This document shows positions 37,529 to 48,192 of a DNA stretch of 64,000 bases, piece after piece. A program made the translations under genes and the position numbers. The stretch covers positions 1 to 64,000 of the IMG/VR virus record IMGVR_UViG_3300033074_000233. One strand, given 5' to 3'. Origin of the DNA: a virus. Lineage: Duplodnaviria > Caudoviricetes. How positions within the stretch are numbered: position 1 is the first letter of the stretch; the number at the start of each line of letters is the position of its first letter. Below the pieces are notes generated by a model, which searched no databases, was not told where the DNA came from, and was given only the letters and a program-made list of their open reading frames with translations.

Positions 37529-37977
37529 TATTGTTTACCTACGCTTTTGATTTTAGAGAAGGTCTTATGCCAAATCCTTACGAAATAATAGTAAGGCAAA
37601 GCAAAAGCAAAACGATTTTCCCTTAGCAGATAAAGAAATACCAAGTCTACGTCTCTAAGAGACAACGGGTGCTGTGGAAAGAACTGGCACATAACATCAT
37701 GCACCATGGAAGCGTAGTAGGTCTGAGGATAATGAGTTTTGGCATCGTACAGACCATCCCATACACCTAGAATAAAGTCGTCTACCTTCCACTTAGGGGA
37801 GCATCCATCCCAAGAATAACCTTCACGCACTATCACAGTTAAGCAGGTTGGCTTAATAACAATAGTGGCCCAGTCTGTATATATTACCAGATTGAGTCGG
37901 GAATACCTTTCAAGTATTTCAGGATCGAATATCTTGATCGTTACGCTTTTTTCCAGGCGATATTTCCAAATGGCCAT
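37528..37977 (-). CDS. DUF1353-like protein
   Basis: GYSWDGCS...ASMVHDVMCQ...DVDLVF pattern; ATG 37977 preferred over GTG 38004. Confidence 0.65.
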   Translation of the reverse strand: MAIWKYRLEKSVTIKIFDPEILERYSRLNLVIYTDWATIVIKPTCLTVIVREGYSWDGCSPKWKVDDFILGVWDGLYDAKTHYPQTYYASMVHDVMCQFFPQHPLSLRDVDLVFLYLLRENRFAFALPYYYFVRIWHKTFSKIKSVGKQ

Positions 37978-38024
37978 GAGACACCCCGTTAATGAGGTAA
38001 CCACTGTATATAGTACAGGACTAA

Positions 38025-38945
38025 TTACACGAAAGTGAAGGCCTCTATTCTACCAGTGTCAATCTCATAGCCAGCTGGCGAGGACAAATCGAATCCGGTG
38101 AGTGTTCCAGCTCCAGTTAGTATGTCATAGGGTAGGTCTACAAAGGTTTCAGATGTAAATGGAGAACCTCCGGAAGTAGGACAACCTTTTAGTCTCAACA
38201 GGTAACGCCAAGTGCCTGCTGTTCCTGAGGTTATATAGTTGTACACAAGGACTACGGTAAATTCAAGAGAGTAAGCATAGTTTACAACCCCCACAGTCTC
38301 TATTTTTGAAGGAAGAAGGCCGATTGATATATTTGGAGAATACAACGTAGTAGACAAAGGCCCAGAATAAGCCAGCCGTAAAAAGAACGAGGTCGTGTTT
38401 GCCGCATTCCTACTCTTTATACCAGTACAGGCTACCTTGAAAGATAAAGCCCTGGGATATCCACCAAAGAAACCAGTAAAGCAGTTATTTATTTCAGAGG
38501 TTAACCCACCAGCAGCATAGAAGCCTGTTCCATACCGTAGGTATATTCTTTTCCAGTCCGGAATATTTGGTGTCTGCCAGCTATAGGCATAGTCAGAGCC
38601 GGACGTTTTAGTGAGAACTTGGCTAGTAGAGCCACCGACTGGGGCTGCACCCGGAACTGCACCCCAACTATAGTCGTAGTTGCTACCAGAGTTCTTTTTG
38701 AGAACTTGGTTAGCGGTGCCACCTGATGGTGCTCCACCTCCAGCAGGACCTAGAATTTGCCAAGTATAGGAGCCGCCGTTTGCAACAAGCGCCTTGTTAT
38801 TATCACCAGGACTCGCCGGCGTAGGTACACCTGCTCCAGAACCCCAGGCGTAGTTATAGTCTGTTCCGTCTAGTTTAACTAAAGCTTGACCTGCTGTTCC
38901 ACCAGCAGGAACGCCACCGGCTATATCAGGTACTTTCTCTGTCAT
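38025..38945 (-). CDS. Tail fibre-associated protein with GGTxxQxLxK repeats
   Basis: Three PxGGT/SxxQxLxKxxGxxYxYxW repeats plus a C-terminal globular domain. Confidence 0.7.
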   Translation of the reverse strand: MTEKVPDIAGGVPAGGTAGQALVKLDGTDYNYAWGSGAGVPTPASPGDNNKALVANGGSYTWQILGPAGGGAPSGGTANQVLKKNSGSNYDYSWGAVPGAAPVGGSTSQVLTKTSGSDYAYSWQTPNIPDWKRIYLRYGTGFYAAGGLTSEINNCFTGFFGGYPRALSFKVACTGIKSRNAANTTSFFLRLAYSGPLSTTLYSPNISIGLLPSKIETVGVVNYAYSLEFTVVLVYNYITSGTAGTWRYLLRLKGCPTSGGSPFTSETFVDLPYDILTGAGTLTGFDLSSPAGYEIDTGRIEAFTFV

Positions 38946-38970
38946 GGTCCTTTACTCCTACTAGAAAAGA

Positions 38971-41271
38971 TTAAGTGTAACGCTGACCCATTTCTTTTGT
39001 GTACATAGAAAACTGGTCAACGTATAGTGCTCTCGTTGCAATAGCACCTGTTTCCCTAACACGGCATATGGGCTGAATAAGATTACCTTCCGTGGCTACT
39101 GGTATTAAAATAGGGGTCCAAGTTCCGTTGTTTACACGGAAAAAAGCTTGGTAGTTATCACCACCAGATGGGCTGTACTCTATTCTAGCCTCTAGCACAT
39201 ACCAGTCAAAGGCAACTACGTCTGGGGATGCTCCATCAACCCCAATTCCAATGTAAGGAGAGCCCGCACCATCCATTACTACGAATCGCCATTTAGCGTG
39301 ATCTGTTGGATTAAAAATAAAGGCTATTCCGTTATCACCAAGACGATCACCGAGTACGTTATTAGTACCACCGCCGTCACCAAGACCTACGCCGTAGGCT
39401 ACGTTAGCAATACTGTTGACGGATACTATCCAGCGGAAATACCTAGTGTTTATCCTAGTAAACTGCTCTCGTTCGTACTGGTTGGTGTCATTCCCAAGAT
39501 GTAGCGCAGTGTAATTTGAGGCGTCGCATTGAATCCTAATTATTCCTGGGTGATCTACTAGGGGTAAAGAAGCGTCTAACACACCTATTCTAGAAATGTT
39601 ACCTCCAGATGAAGCAGTAGCAGACCAGCTTAATTCACCATAGGAGAGAGAACCGGGTGCTCCCGATTCTATTCTGCCAAGAAATTCATCTGACCAATAA
39701 GAAACATTTGGATGAGCCAGCGTTCTTTGGAAGCCATCAAATTGTGCGTAAGCGGGGATAGCAATACCAGATACACCACTAAAACCTTCATACACCTCAA
39801 AAGTAGTGTTGTACCTCATCCCGTAATACACTAAGGAGTCATCACGCTGGGCCGTGGTACCACCTGGCATAGAGAAACCTTTATTACCTGGAAGAGTCGT
39901 ATCGTCTTTGATACGTAACTGGCCAGCAGAAAGCAGAAGTGAACTGGTTCCTATGGAGATTTCTTCTACCGCGCCAGAACCGGCAGTTGTTCTACCTGCG
40001 ATACGCGCTGTATTTATAGTAAGACCTGAAGTCGTTATAGAGCCAGAATACAGGCTAACGTTGGTCCAAGAATAGTCTCCATTTGTTCCGCTATTCTTTA
40101 TAAGAGCCTGACCGGCAGTACCACCAGGAATAACCGTTGAATAGTCTAGTGTACGCGCAATGAAGTGTACGTTTATACCTGCGGGAAGGCCGGGATCAGG
40201 ACTCAATGTAATCTCAAATACATCAGACACTATGTATGAAGAAGGGGGCTGAAAGGCACTTCCAAAAAACATGATGGCCTGTTCAGCAACAACCGGGAAG
40301 GTATTGAACACGGTTTGACCTAGCGTAGATACTACGGTAGCAAACACGTTATCACCGCCAGCTGAACCGCTACCACCCCAGTTTACGTTGGCTATGTAAA
40401 CCTTAAACGTGGTCCCTGCCGGTGGGGCCGTCATAGGGCTAAACCAGTCTAGTGTATCAGTACCAGCAGCCGTGACCATCCGGACTACACCCTCATAGCC
40501 GTTATTCGTGAATACAAGGATATACATACCCAGTGCAAAGCCAGACACTAGGGTGTTGTTAAGAGACAAATCGGTAAGTTGGGTTGTTGTTGAACTATCT
40601 ACGAGGCCTGTCGAATAAATCTCATGGAGGTGAGTCGAAAAGGTCCAGTAAGTGTTGTCGTTCTTGTAAGCAAAAATCGAGTTGCCGTCTGTGTCCAAAC
40701 CATAGGGAGAGCCTGTTCCGTTAATAACGTAGGCATTCACCGGGGCTAGGGCCGGTGTTGGTAACACGTCAGGTGAGTTTATTACCTGAATGTTAGCATT
40801 TACCACAGACACAGGCAAGATAGAAATTGAGAGGGTAGCAATATTGGTTAAGGATAGAGTTGCGGTAACCTCAATTACGTTGCCAGCGTCTATCATTGTT
40901 AGGATTTGTTTTTTGATACGGCTTGGGAAAGCGTAAACAGCAACGCACACATAAGTAAGCGGTGCTGTCTCCTGATACAAAGCCATACTTCCGAAGTCGA
41001 AAGTACCAATAGACTGATCCATTCTCAGTGTATAGGCCACCTCTGAATCGCTAAGGATTTGGTAGTTCACAATAGGCAGGTATCCGTTAGTGGGTAACCC
41101 ATAGCCTGAAGTAAAGGGTGTTGGAATGTCAATATCGCCAACGGAAGGAGTGTATCCCTCGGCTACGCTATCAGGACCAACACGGAAACGTGTAATATCA
41201 ACTTTAGGTCCCATGCCACCTGCGGCTGTATATGCACCGAGACCTACAGTTGTAATTAGAAAACCAGGCAT
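38971..41271 (-). CDS. Tail fibre / baseplate-attached protein
   Basis: N-terminal fibre-collar-like domain (FLITTVG...ITRFRVG), MPGGTTAQR...MRYNT motif, beta-rich C-terminus; follows wedge genes. Confidence 0.7.
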   Translation of the reverse strand: MPGFLITTVGLGAYTAAGGMGPKVDITRFRVGPDSVAEGYTPSVGDIDIPTPFTSGYGLPTNGYLPIVNYQILSDSEVAYTLRMDQSIGTFDFGSMALYQETAPLTYVCVAVYAFPSRIKKQILTMIDAGNVIEVTATLSLTNIATLSISILPVSVVNANIQVINSPDVLPTPALAPVNAYVINGTGSPYGLDTDGNSIFAYKNDNTYWTFSTHLHEIYSTGLVDSSTTTQLTDLSLNNTLVSGFALGMYILVFTNNGYEGVVRMVTAAGTDTLDWFSPMTAPPAGTTFKVYIANVNWGGSGSAGGDNVFATVVSTLGQTVFNTFPVVAEQAIMFFGSAFQPPSSYIVSDVFEITLSPDPGLPAGINVHFIARTLDYSTVIPGGTAGQALIKNSGTNGDYSWTNVSLYSGSITTSGLTINTARIAGRTTAGSGAVEEISIGTSSLLLSAGQLRIKDDTTLPGNKGFSMPGGTTAQRDDSLVYYGMRYNTTFEVYEGFSGVSGIAIPAYAQFDGFQRTLAHPNVSYWSDEFLGRIESGAPGSLSYGELSWSATASSGGNISRIGVLDASLPLVDHPGIIRIQCDASNYTALHLGNDTNQYEREQFTRINTRYFRWIVSVNSIANVAYGVGLGDGGGTNNVLGDRLGDNGIAFIFNPTDHAKWRFVVMDGAGSPYIGIGVDGASPDVVAFDWYVLEARIEYSPSGGDNYQAFFRVNNGTWTPILIPVATEGNLIQPICRVRETGAIATRALYVDQFSMYTKEMGQRYT

Positions 41272-41289
41272 TGTATTTCTCCTTATCTG

Positions 41290-42504
41290 TTACAGATAGT
41301 GAATTGTTACGAGTGTGGGGGCTCCACCAAAATACATCGGTCCCATATCGACGGCCGCTTCAAGAATTACAAAGGCCACTACAAGGTTGATAGGAGATAT
41401 GTAAACGAAGAAGTCTTTTACGGCTTGTTCGTTCAGGGAATTTCCAAACTTAGCCAAGTCGTAATACAGGTTAACGTGTGACGTTGGGTACCAAGTACCT
41501 CCGTTCCATACGGGTGTTCCGATGCCCGCGTTGCCTGCAGGAAGCAGCACAGGATATTCGTCGTTACCGTTCTCATACGACCACAGTTGTTCTACGCGGA
41601 AGATCGCCTTAAAACAGTAGCCGAAGAAGTCGGCAAAGTTTTTGGTGCCTTTAGTGTGAATGTAGTATCCACCTAGCGTGTCCGAGAGAATCTGAATAGC
41701 ATCCGAGTTGTCATACTCGGTAGGCAGAGACAGGAAGTCAATGTCATTGTACACGAAACCAAGTTGGTTAAGTTTACGCGCCAGTTCAACGGAGTGTGGC
41801 TTCTCCACAATCTTTACGGCTGTACCAGCAACTTGACCACTTAGAAAGGTAATCTCATTCTGACCTGATACGTAATAGGCCGATTGTGGAACGAAAGCAT
41901 ACTGACTATCAGGAGAAGCCATCGTAGGTTTCGTATACACCAGCAGTCTATTCTTTGTTGGATAGCCTGTGTCGATAGTGCCCGTGCTGAAAATCGTTTG
42001 TAGAGCCGTGGCTTCCTGTGGACCATAAGAGTTCGTAGGACCATGAAAGTTATGAAGGTCAGCAATATCAAAGGCACCAGACGGAATGTTCTCGCGTCTA
42101 GCGATTTTAATTGTCTGACCTACAGCAACAGGCGTGATGAACTCTACGACCTTGTCAGAGGTGCCGTTGTAGTCATACTTGGAGATCAAGGCATACTCGG
42201 AGTCTGGGTCCGTAGTGGCCTTCTGGTATATCTGAATCTTGCTTGTGCCCGGATAGCCAGTGACTATGTTAGACAAGCCAAACACTGATCTTGGCGAATC
42301 TACAACGTCAAACACTTCAGGCGTGCTCTCCGTGCGCGTTACCCACTCCGTTGGGCCGAAGGCAAACGTATCACGCAGCAGGCGGAATACCAACTGTGGA
42401 TCGTCAATAGAGTCCTTGAATACCTCGTCGATTGCCTCTGCGAACTCTTTCCACACAGGCAATTCAGCAAGGTTTGGTGAGAGTAACTTTATTCTGTTGC
42501 CCAT
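41290..42504 (-). CDS. Baseplate wedge subunit (gpI/gp7-like)
   Basis: Follows the gp6/J-like gene via TAATG overlap (start MGNRIKLL); YYIHTKGTKNF motif typical of gpI-like proteins. Confidence 0.6.
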   Translation of the reverse strand: MGNRIKLLSPNLAELPVWKEFAEAIDEVFKDSIDDPQLVFRLLRDTFAFGPTEWVTRTESTPEVFDVVDSPRSVFGLSNIVTGYPGTSKIQIYQKATTDPDSEYALISKYDYNGTSDKVVEFITPVAVGQTIKIARRENIPSGAFDIADLHNFHGPTNSYGPQEATALQTIFSTGTIDTGYPTKNRLLVYTKPTMASPDSQYAFVPQSAYYVSGQNEITFLSGQVAGTAVKIVEKPHSVELARKLNQLGFVYNDIDFLSLPTEYDNSDAIQILSDTLGGYYIHTKGTKNFADFFGYCFKAIFRVEQLWSYENGNDEYPVLLPAGNAGIGTPVWNGGTWYPTSHVNLYYDLAKFGNSLNEQAVKDFFVYISPINLVVAFVILEAAVDMGPMYFGGAPTLVTIHYL

Positions 42505-44510
42505 TATGTCCTCAGGGAGTAAGACATAGTTATTTTTGTGGCCACATTCACAGTCCATCCGTTATCAGGAGATAGTGACGTGGTACCAGGTAGCAGTATG
42601 ATATTAATTCCAGACGTGTCCGAGTCAGGAAGACCAGACGTTGCGAGTGCTGATCCTAGATCAACGTATGTCGTTACCCCAGGGGCCAGCGCAACACCCA
42701 TCAATTTACCAGGTGCTACCAAATCTCTGCCATAAAGGAAAAGACCTGTGTACTGTCCTGGATACGTAGCAGTAGGTTCCGTCCACGTTATTGTTACGCC
42801 GTTATCTCCTGGGCCAAGCGTTACAGGGAAAGGTCCAAGCGCAATCGTTTCACCGAGAGCATTTATCAGGCTTATCCAGTAGCGGTACGTTGTGCTGGGC
42901 AAAAGCGTACCTCCCAGGTTACCGGGAACAAGCGTTAATTGTGGACGAAGGTCCATCAACTGAGCGATAACATCTACCGAGGGCGTATCCAGCAAAACGT
43001 AGTCAATAGAAGGATGCGAGTTCTTAATGGCGTCGATCAAGTCACTACGGTAAAGGTTGCGACTGATCTGACCAATGTTTGCGCCTTCCTTAAGTGGGCC
43101 GGCTGTAGATATGGCTTCATCCAGAATGCTTTTGATTGCAGGCAGAATATAGTTCTGGCGAACGTCATTCAGGTCAGCCAAGTTGTTGCAGAACACCCGG
43201 GCCTGAACATCAACCAGAATGTCGTTTAGAACAGCACCGTAATCCACGTCGGTAGACGTGGGCCAGAAGCGCATGGAATACATGGTCTTAGCCGTCATGA
43301 ACTCGATAAAGTCGTCATTCGCAACAGCCTGTGACGGGCCTGAGAACATTGGATACGTGATAACCTTAATCGTATTCATGAAGGAAGGACGATTCGGATG
43401 CGTGTCCCTCTGGCCAAGTAAGCGGGCGTCCACTATGCCTGGGTAGTTAAGGGCAAGTACGTTGTAGTCCTGTTCAACTACGCCACGCTCACCTTGATCG
43501 GCTGCATAGATACGTGCGCCGAGTTTCTGATAGTCAACAGCCGAGCGCTGGTTTGCTCCGTCTACTAGGCCATTGGTCAGCGAAGTATACGTGGTATCAA
43601 TCAAGCCAGAATACGTGGTGCAGTTCAGGCTAGAGTTGCTGAACGTGGAGTTACCAGCAGCACCTTTAGTCGTTACATAGGTAAGACGAATTGAGTCCAG
43701 CGAAGTCGGAACAGTGCCGAAGCCTGCGGACAAAGAGCCACCAGTAACCTTTGTGCCAAACAGGACGTGTAACTGACCACGCGAAGTAGTCATGTCTTGC
43801 CAACCCGGAGCCGCGTTCCTGTTGTTCCACAGGCCTTGCGTCTGTCTAGGTACCACAATGTTGTTCACTGTAACTACAACGTCGCTATCACAAATAACGA
43901 AGTTTTCTTCTGTGGAGATAATCGAAAAGAAGTCAGCACCAGTACCACGATAGTTTCTGGTGTTTATGGTTCCTTCATACAGAGCCACGTTCTGCAATTT
44001 AAGGCCTGTAGCCGAGTCAATCTGGTAGCCGTACTCAATCCCCGCGTCAAAGATAATGGCCTCACGGTTGAACAGGAGACCACTGCTGCTGCTAAACTGG
44101 GTATAGGCAGGAATCGTGTAGGCATTAGACAATGGATAAGACAGGCTATCCAGACGTTTGATACCTGGATTTGGTGTTAGGTTTACAGGAAAGCCACTTG
44201 GGTCTGCTACAGGTATATAGCAATCCATTGGAACCGAAGCAGGAGTTCTACGCGACAGACGCACACCAAGCATCTTGGTGATGCCCATTACGGTGCTATC
44301 AATACGCGCGGTCTCCGAGAACATTTCTTGGAACAGGCGCTGAATTGAATATTGGTCAAGTTCACCAACGGCCGCTACGAACTCCGTGAAAGTCTGACCT
44401 GTAGCAGTAGGAAGCAAGTCCTTCCACGCATTCTTTCCAGCCAGAACGTTCTGGAATTGGATAACAAGCGCGTCGAAGTCCGGATGAATTGTTGATAGTG
44501 ACTGTGACAT
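42504..44510 (-). CDS. Baseplate wedge protein (T4 gp6/gpJ-like)
   Basis: DFDAL, EMFSETAR..S, IRLTYVTTKGAAGN, RGVVEQDY motifs; follows the gp25-like gene. Confidence 0.82.
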   Translation of the reverse strand: MSQSLSTIHPDFDALVIQFQNVLAGKNAWKDLLPTATGQTFTEFVAAVGELDQYSIQRLFQEMFSETARIDSTVMGITKMLGVRLSRRTPASVPMDCYIPVADPSGFPVNLTPNPGIKRLDSLSYPLSNAYTIPAYTQFSSSSGLLFNREAIIFDAGIEYGYQIDSATGLKLQNVALYEGTINTRNYRGTGADFFSIISTEENFVICDSDVVVTVNNIVVPRQTQGLWNNRNAAPGWQDMTTSRGQLHVLFGTKVTGGSLSAGFGTVPTSLDSIRLTYVTTKGAAGNSTFSNSSLNCTTYSGLIDTTYTSLTNGLVDGANQRSAVDYQKLGARIYAADQGERGVVEQDYNVLALNYPGIVDARLLGQRDTHPNRPSFMNTIKVITYPMFSGPSQAVANDDFIEFMTAKTMYSMRFWPTSTDVDYGAVLNDILVDVQARVFCNNLADLNDVRQNYILPAIKSILDEAISTAGPLKEGANIGQISRNLYRSDLIDAIKNSHPSIDYVLLDTPSVDVIAQLMDLRPQLTLVPGNLGGTLLPSTTYRYWISLINALGETIALGPFPVTLGPGDNGVTITWTEPTATYPGQYTGLFLYGRDLVAPGKLMGVALAPGVTTYVDLGSALATSGLPDSDTSGINIILLPGTTSLSPDNGWTVNVATKITMSYSLRT

Positions 44511-44514
44511 TTGA

Positions 44515-44892
44515 TTACCTGCTTACTACCAAGCCCAAACCACTAATCGTGTTCAGTTTGGGTATTGTGAAAGTGATTTGTATATCGAATCCGCCTGTAG
44601 GCAAGGGCGTCACTCTGGTCTGGTCTCTAATCAACTGTACTCTGGGCTCCCAGCGTTCGATTGACTGTACCAGATAGGTCTCTAGCTGAAAAGCCGTAGT
44701 GTCGTCACTAGGCTCTTGTATAAACTGCCAGAGCCTTGAGCCGTAATCAGGCCTGCGATAACGACTGCCTAACGGAGTAGTCAGGATGTTGTATATGGAG
44801 TTCTTAATCGCCTTTTCGTTATCGACTAACTCAGAATCCGCCGTCTGTCCAACCAGCGTATTCACGTCGCGGTAAATCACATACGCTGCCAT
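44515..44892 (-). CDS. Baseplate gp25/gpW-like protein
   Basis: AIKNSIYNILTTPLGSRYRRPDYGSRL...SIERWEPRV. Confidence 0.92.
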   Translation of the reverse strand: MAAYVIYRDVNTLVGQTADSELVDNEKAIKNSIYNILTTPLGSRYRRPDYGSRLWQFIQEPSDDTTAFQLETYLVQSIERWEPRVQLIRDQTRVTPLPTGGFDIQITFTIPKLNTISGLGLVVSR

Positions 44893-44900
44893 GGGTCACC

Positions 44901-45575
44901 TTATGGAAGTGGGAACGGAGGTATAGAAATTCCCGAAGTTGTTACTGCTGTGCCTATTCCTAGATAGTGGAGCGTGTCATATATGTAGGTTTGCTGTGAC
45001 GCCTTAGATATTGCAACTCCTGTTGGCGTGTAGTCCGTAAACATTGAGCCCATGCCGAAGTCACTTATAAGTAGGCGCGCCGTGTTCAGTGCAATGTTGT
45101 ACTGGGTTTCTTCTACGTTAGAGGTTACGGAAGTTGTTACTGTTGCAATAGACGCTACCATCTTGGCTGATGTATACGGAGGAGGTCCACCGACTACAAT
45201 CATGTCGTCGTACCAGTCGACAGGATTGGATATTGTAGAAGCGGTAAAGCCGTCCATGTCGTATATGACGTAGGCATCCATCAGACCAATGGAACCAAAA
45301 CTCGTACCGTAGGCTACGTTAAGTGCGATGTATCCGTAGAGGGCTTGGATTAAATCCCGCCCTTTCTCTAGGGACCGCGGTACTTTGGTTGCGTTCTTCC
45401 ACGCGTTCATCTGTGTCATTAAATTAGTGAAGTAAACGTGCCATGCGGCTAATGCCGATGCATCAGCAATATAGTTTGTGTAGGTCCAATCCTCCTGATC
45501 AGTCAGTGCAACATAGAAGGCTGGGTAGTAGTCATTAACCCAAGTTTCGATTTCGGTTCCGGCATTAACTGGCAT
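44901..45575 (-). CDS. Hypothetical baseplate-region protein
   Basis: 224 aa between PAAR and gp25 genes. Confidence 0.6.
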   Translation of the reverse strand: MPVNAGTEIETWVNDYYPAFYVALTDQEDWTYTNYIADASALAAWHVYFTNLMTQMNAWKNATKVPRSLEKGRDLIQALYGYIALNVAYGTSFGSIGLMDAYVIYDMDGFTASTISNPVDWYDDMIVVGGPPPYTSAKMVASIATVTTSVTSNVEETQYNIALNTARLLISDFGMGSMFTDYTPTGVAISKASQQTYIYDTLHYLGIGTAVTTSGISIPPFPLP

Positions 45576-45576
45576 G

Positions 45577-45882
45577 TTAGAGTCCTGCTAGAACATTGGG
45601 TGCGCCCACAATCATGTTGTACGAACCTCCAGGCGGAAGTCCCATATCACCAAGTCTGTGAACACCTAAGCCTACAGCAATTACAGTGGCGGCGCCTGTT
45701 AGGGCCACACTCACATGGCCACAACTGCACATTCCAATACTTCCAATCTGTGCAATCGGCGGACCTACAGCAAGGGTTGTTGGAGCCCCTGTGAGAATAG
45801 TTACGTTTATAGGCACTGGAATTATGTGTGCAGTACAAGTACCTACACCTATGTCTCCAATACGGCAGACTGGAACGCCCAT
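45577..45882 (-). CDS. PAAR-like spike tip protein (gp5.4-like)
   Basis: PVCRIGD...PIAQIG...CGH...VHRLGD...GAPNVLAG. Confidence 0.85.
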   Translation of the reverse strand: MGVPVCRIGDIGVGTCTAHIIPVPINVTILTGAPTTLAVGPPIAQIGSIGMCSCGHVSVALTGAATVIAVGLGVHRLGDMGLPPGGSYNMIVGAPNVLAGL

Positions 45883-45891
45883 TGTGTCACC

Positions 45892-46605
45892 TCAGTTAAG
45901 CGTAATGAGTCCACTATTCACGGCTATTGTTGCAGGTGTTACGCTTATGGAAGAAGCACCTACGGTAACGGTAGCCGAAGCTGAGGCTGTAACCGTTACG
46001 CTAGTGGCGTTTACCGTAGAGGTCGTGGCATTAACCGTTACGTTATCCGAATTGACCGTCGTGTCTGTTGCGTTGACTATAACCGTAGGTGAATTAACTG
46101 TGGTAGTTCCTGTTACATTCACGTTTAGGTCTTTAACCGAAGTTACCGTGATAGTTCCATCGGGTGCAATGTTTATCAAGGAGTTGACAGCATTCTGAAT
46201 CAGAATATCGCCAGTAGCACGATTGATCTTTAGATAGTTGGAACCGTCACTAAAGCCCCAGGCATTCGGGTATTCCGCGCCGAAGACGGTACTAGCAAAG
46301 AACTGGGTGTTCAGAATGTCCGTGCTATAGATGGGAGAGTGTATGTTGCCTAGTTGGAAGAAAACGTAGACCTTGCTTCCTGCCAGGGGAATCATGCACG
46401 AAGCAGAACCACCTACGTTTCCTGCTGGGCCTGCCATACGATCAGGAATAGCCCAAGGCAAATCACCGTCGGCTACGTTGTCAAAGATATGTGGAACACG
46501 CACGGTTACACGACCCATTTTCTGTGGGTCGTTTCCGTTGACTACGGTTCCTACGTAGATAACGTCCTTGACATTCTGATTGCGTAGGTTTAATGGATTC
46601 TGCAT
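45892..46605 (-). CDS. Baseplate central spike (gp5/gpV-like)
   Basis: GTVVNGNDPQKMGRVTVRVP...LPWA OB-fold; Val/Thr-rich beta-helix C-terminus. Confidence 0.9.
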   Translation of the reverse strand: MQNPLNLRNQNVKDVIYVGTVVNGNDPQKMGRVTVRVPHIFDNVADGDLPWAIPDRMAGPAGNVGGSASCMIPLAGSKVYVFFQLGNIHSPIYSTDILNTQFFASTVFGAEYPNAWGFSDGSNYLKINRATGDILIQNAVNSLINIAPDGTITVTSVKDLNVNVTGTTTVNSPTVIVNATDTTVNSDNVTVNATTSTVNATSVTVTASASATVTVGASSISVTPATIAVNSGLITLN

Positions 46606-46615
46606 GGCTTAGTCC

Positions 46616-47785
46616 TTACTGTGCCGCCGAATTTTGCGCGGTCATTTGGTTACTTAGTACCGTAGTGAAGTTGTAGCCCTGACGCGCCAGTTCAAACTTT
46701 TCGTAATACTTACCAGACTTAGTTGCGAAAATGGTTTTGGCAATGATGATATATCCACCGCTTACTGCCTCATCCACTTTAACTTCGGATGTGGCGTTGT
46801 CATATACGATGTACTTTACAGGGTCGAACAAATCTAGGCCAGTAACCTGATCGGTAACTACCTGCATTCCCATGGCATATGTTGCTTTAATTCTGGTGTT
46901 CTGGTGCTCAGCCTTGTAGTAATTCGGATGGGTATTTCCCGAATCAATTGGCGTCATCACAACGCGCGAACCTTCCAGACGGTCATTCAGAACTTTGTTT
47001 ATCTGAAGGGTAGGCGAGGAATTCATCACGAACTTTACGCTGTTGTGATTCGTAACATCCGAAGGCGTTTGCTCAACGGTTTCCATCTTGTAGCCAACTA
47101 GGTTGTTAAAGAAACCAGCCTTGCTGACCTCTTTTCTACCCAGGATACGAAAGGAGTTCTTGGCATCACCTGAGCCTTGAACAAATACGTTCTTGGTAGT
47201 AGTTACGTTAATACCCGCTAGGTCCTTATAGCGCATTTGTCCAAGCAGCGTCATGCCCAACACCATACAACTCTGATCGGTTGCATAGCCATGCAGAGCC
47301 ACGTCTTTGGCAAACTCACAACGCTTCTGTCCCGCAGACAGCCAAGTCTGAGCGTCCGAGGTCTGATCTCCAGCAAAGTTCACGCCAATAAGAGTGGATA
47401 TTTGTTGGAGTACCTGAGTCGAGGAACCCGTTATGGAACCACGGGAGTTCTCGTTGAAGTAGCGCGGGCAGTTGAACGTGAGGAATATATCAAAGTTGTT
47501 TATCTTGCCATTCTTGTACTTACGGAACTTAAACACCCGGAATCTGTACAAGTAAGCCTCTGACTTGGAATCAGAGCGGCCTACGTATATATCAACCTTG
47601 GAGCCGTCGGCCAACGGATTTTTCTCGAAGTATCCGTAGATATCCGCAAGCATAATGCGGGCCATAGGTTGGGCGAACATCACGTTACTGTGCATCTGCA
47701 ACGGATCAAAGCCCATCCTTTCTACAGGAATCTCGGCTCCGTCTATCAGAATCATTAGGAAGAAGGTGTCGCCCAACTTAATCAT
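46616..47785 (-). CDS. Baseplate hub protein (gp27/gpD-like)
   Basis: 389 aa between LysM/gp53-like and spike genes; synteny. Confidence 0.65.
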   Translation of the reverse strand: MIKLGDTFFLMILIDGAEIPVERMGFDPLQMHSNVMFAQPMARIMLADIYGYFEKNPLADGSKVDIYVGRSDSKSEAYLYRFRVFKFRKYKNGKINNFDIFLTFNCPRYFNENSRGSITGSSTQVLQQISTLIGVNFAGDQTSDAQTWLSAGQKRCEFAKDVALHGYATDQSCMVLGMTLLGQMRYKDLAGINVTTTKNVFVQGSGDAKNSFRILGRKEVSKAGFFNNLVGYKMETVEQTPSDVTNHNSVKFVMNSSPTLQINKVLNDRLEGSRVVMTPIDSGNTHPNYYKAEHQNTRIKATYAMGMQVVTDQVTGLDLFDPVKYIVYDNATSEVKVDEAVSGGYIIIAKTIFATKSGKYYEKFELARQGYNFTTVLSNQMTAQNSAAQ

Positions 47786-48180
47786 TAGCGCAACTCCGCC
47801 GTGATCGCACCCGAGAACGATGCGTTAGGGAACGCGGTATTGGACGTATCATTCGCCTTGTTCTGCAGGACGAACTCCACGTCGGCACGTGAAGGAATAC
47901 GTAGGAAGTTTCCCGTTACAAGTTCCCACAGTGGGTTCAGGATGCCGTTGTAGACACCAATCACCCACCACAGGTCAGGTGTACCGTAGACCTTGTTACT
48001 GATAATGTCCAGTCTGTACTCGTTGTCATCCGTAACTTGGAAAGCCGTGAAGTTACTTATGTTTCTTAGGGCTTCGCTGTATCTAGCCGAGTACAAGTCA
48101 AGGGCCTTTATCCTACCTGCGTCTGTGGTTATAAACAGGACCGGTAGGTAAGTTCCTCTATCGTATATAGAACCAGCCAT
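47785..48180 (-). CDS. Baseplate gp53/LysM-like protein
   Basis: RLDIISNKVYGTPDLWWVIGVYNGI.NP...G..LRIP. Confidence 0.88.
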   Translation of the reverse strand: MAGSIYDRGTYLPVLFITTDAGRIKALDLYSARYSEALRNISNFTAFQVTDDNEYRLDIISNKVYGTPDLWWVIGVYNGILNPLWELVTGNFLRIPSRADVEFVLQNKANDTSNTAFPNASFSGAITAELR

Positions 48181-48192
48181 GTCTTAATCCTC

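Noticed and set aside
45418-45429. Perfect promoter-like motif inside a coding region
   Set aside because: More than 500 nt from the next start; it may be an internal promoter or chance, so it is not listed as a feature.
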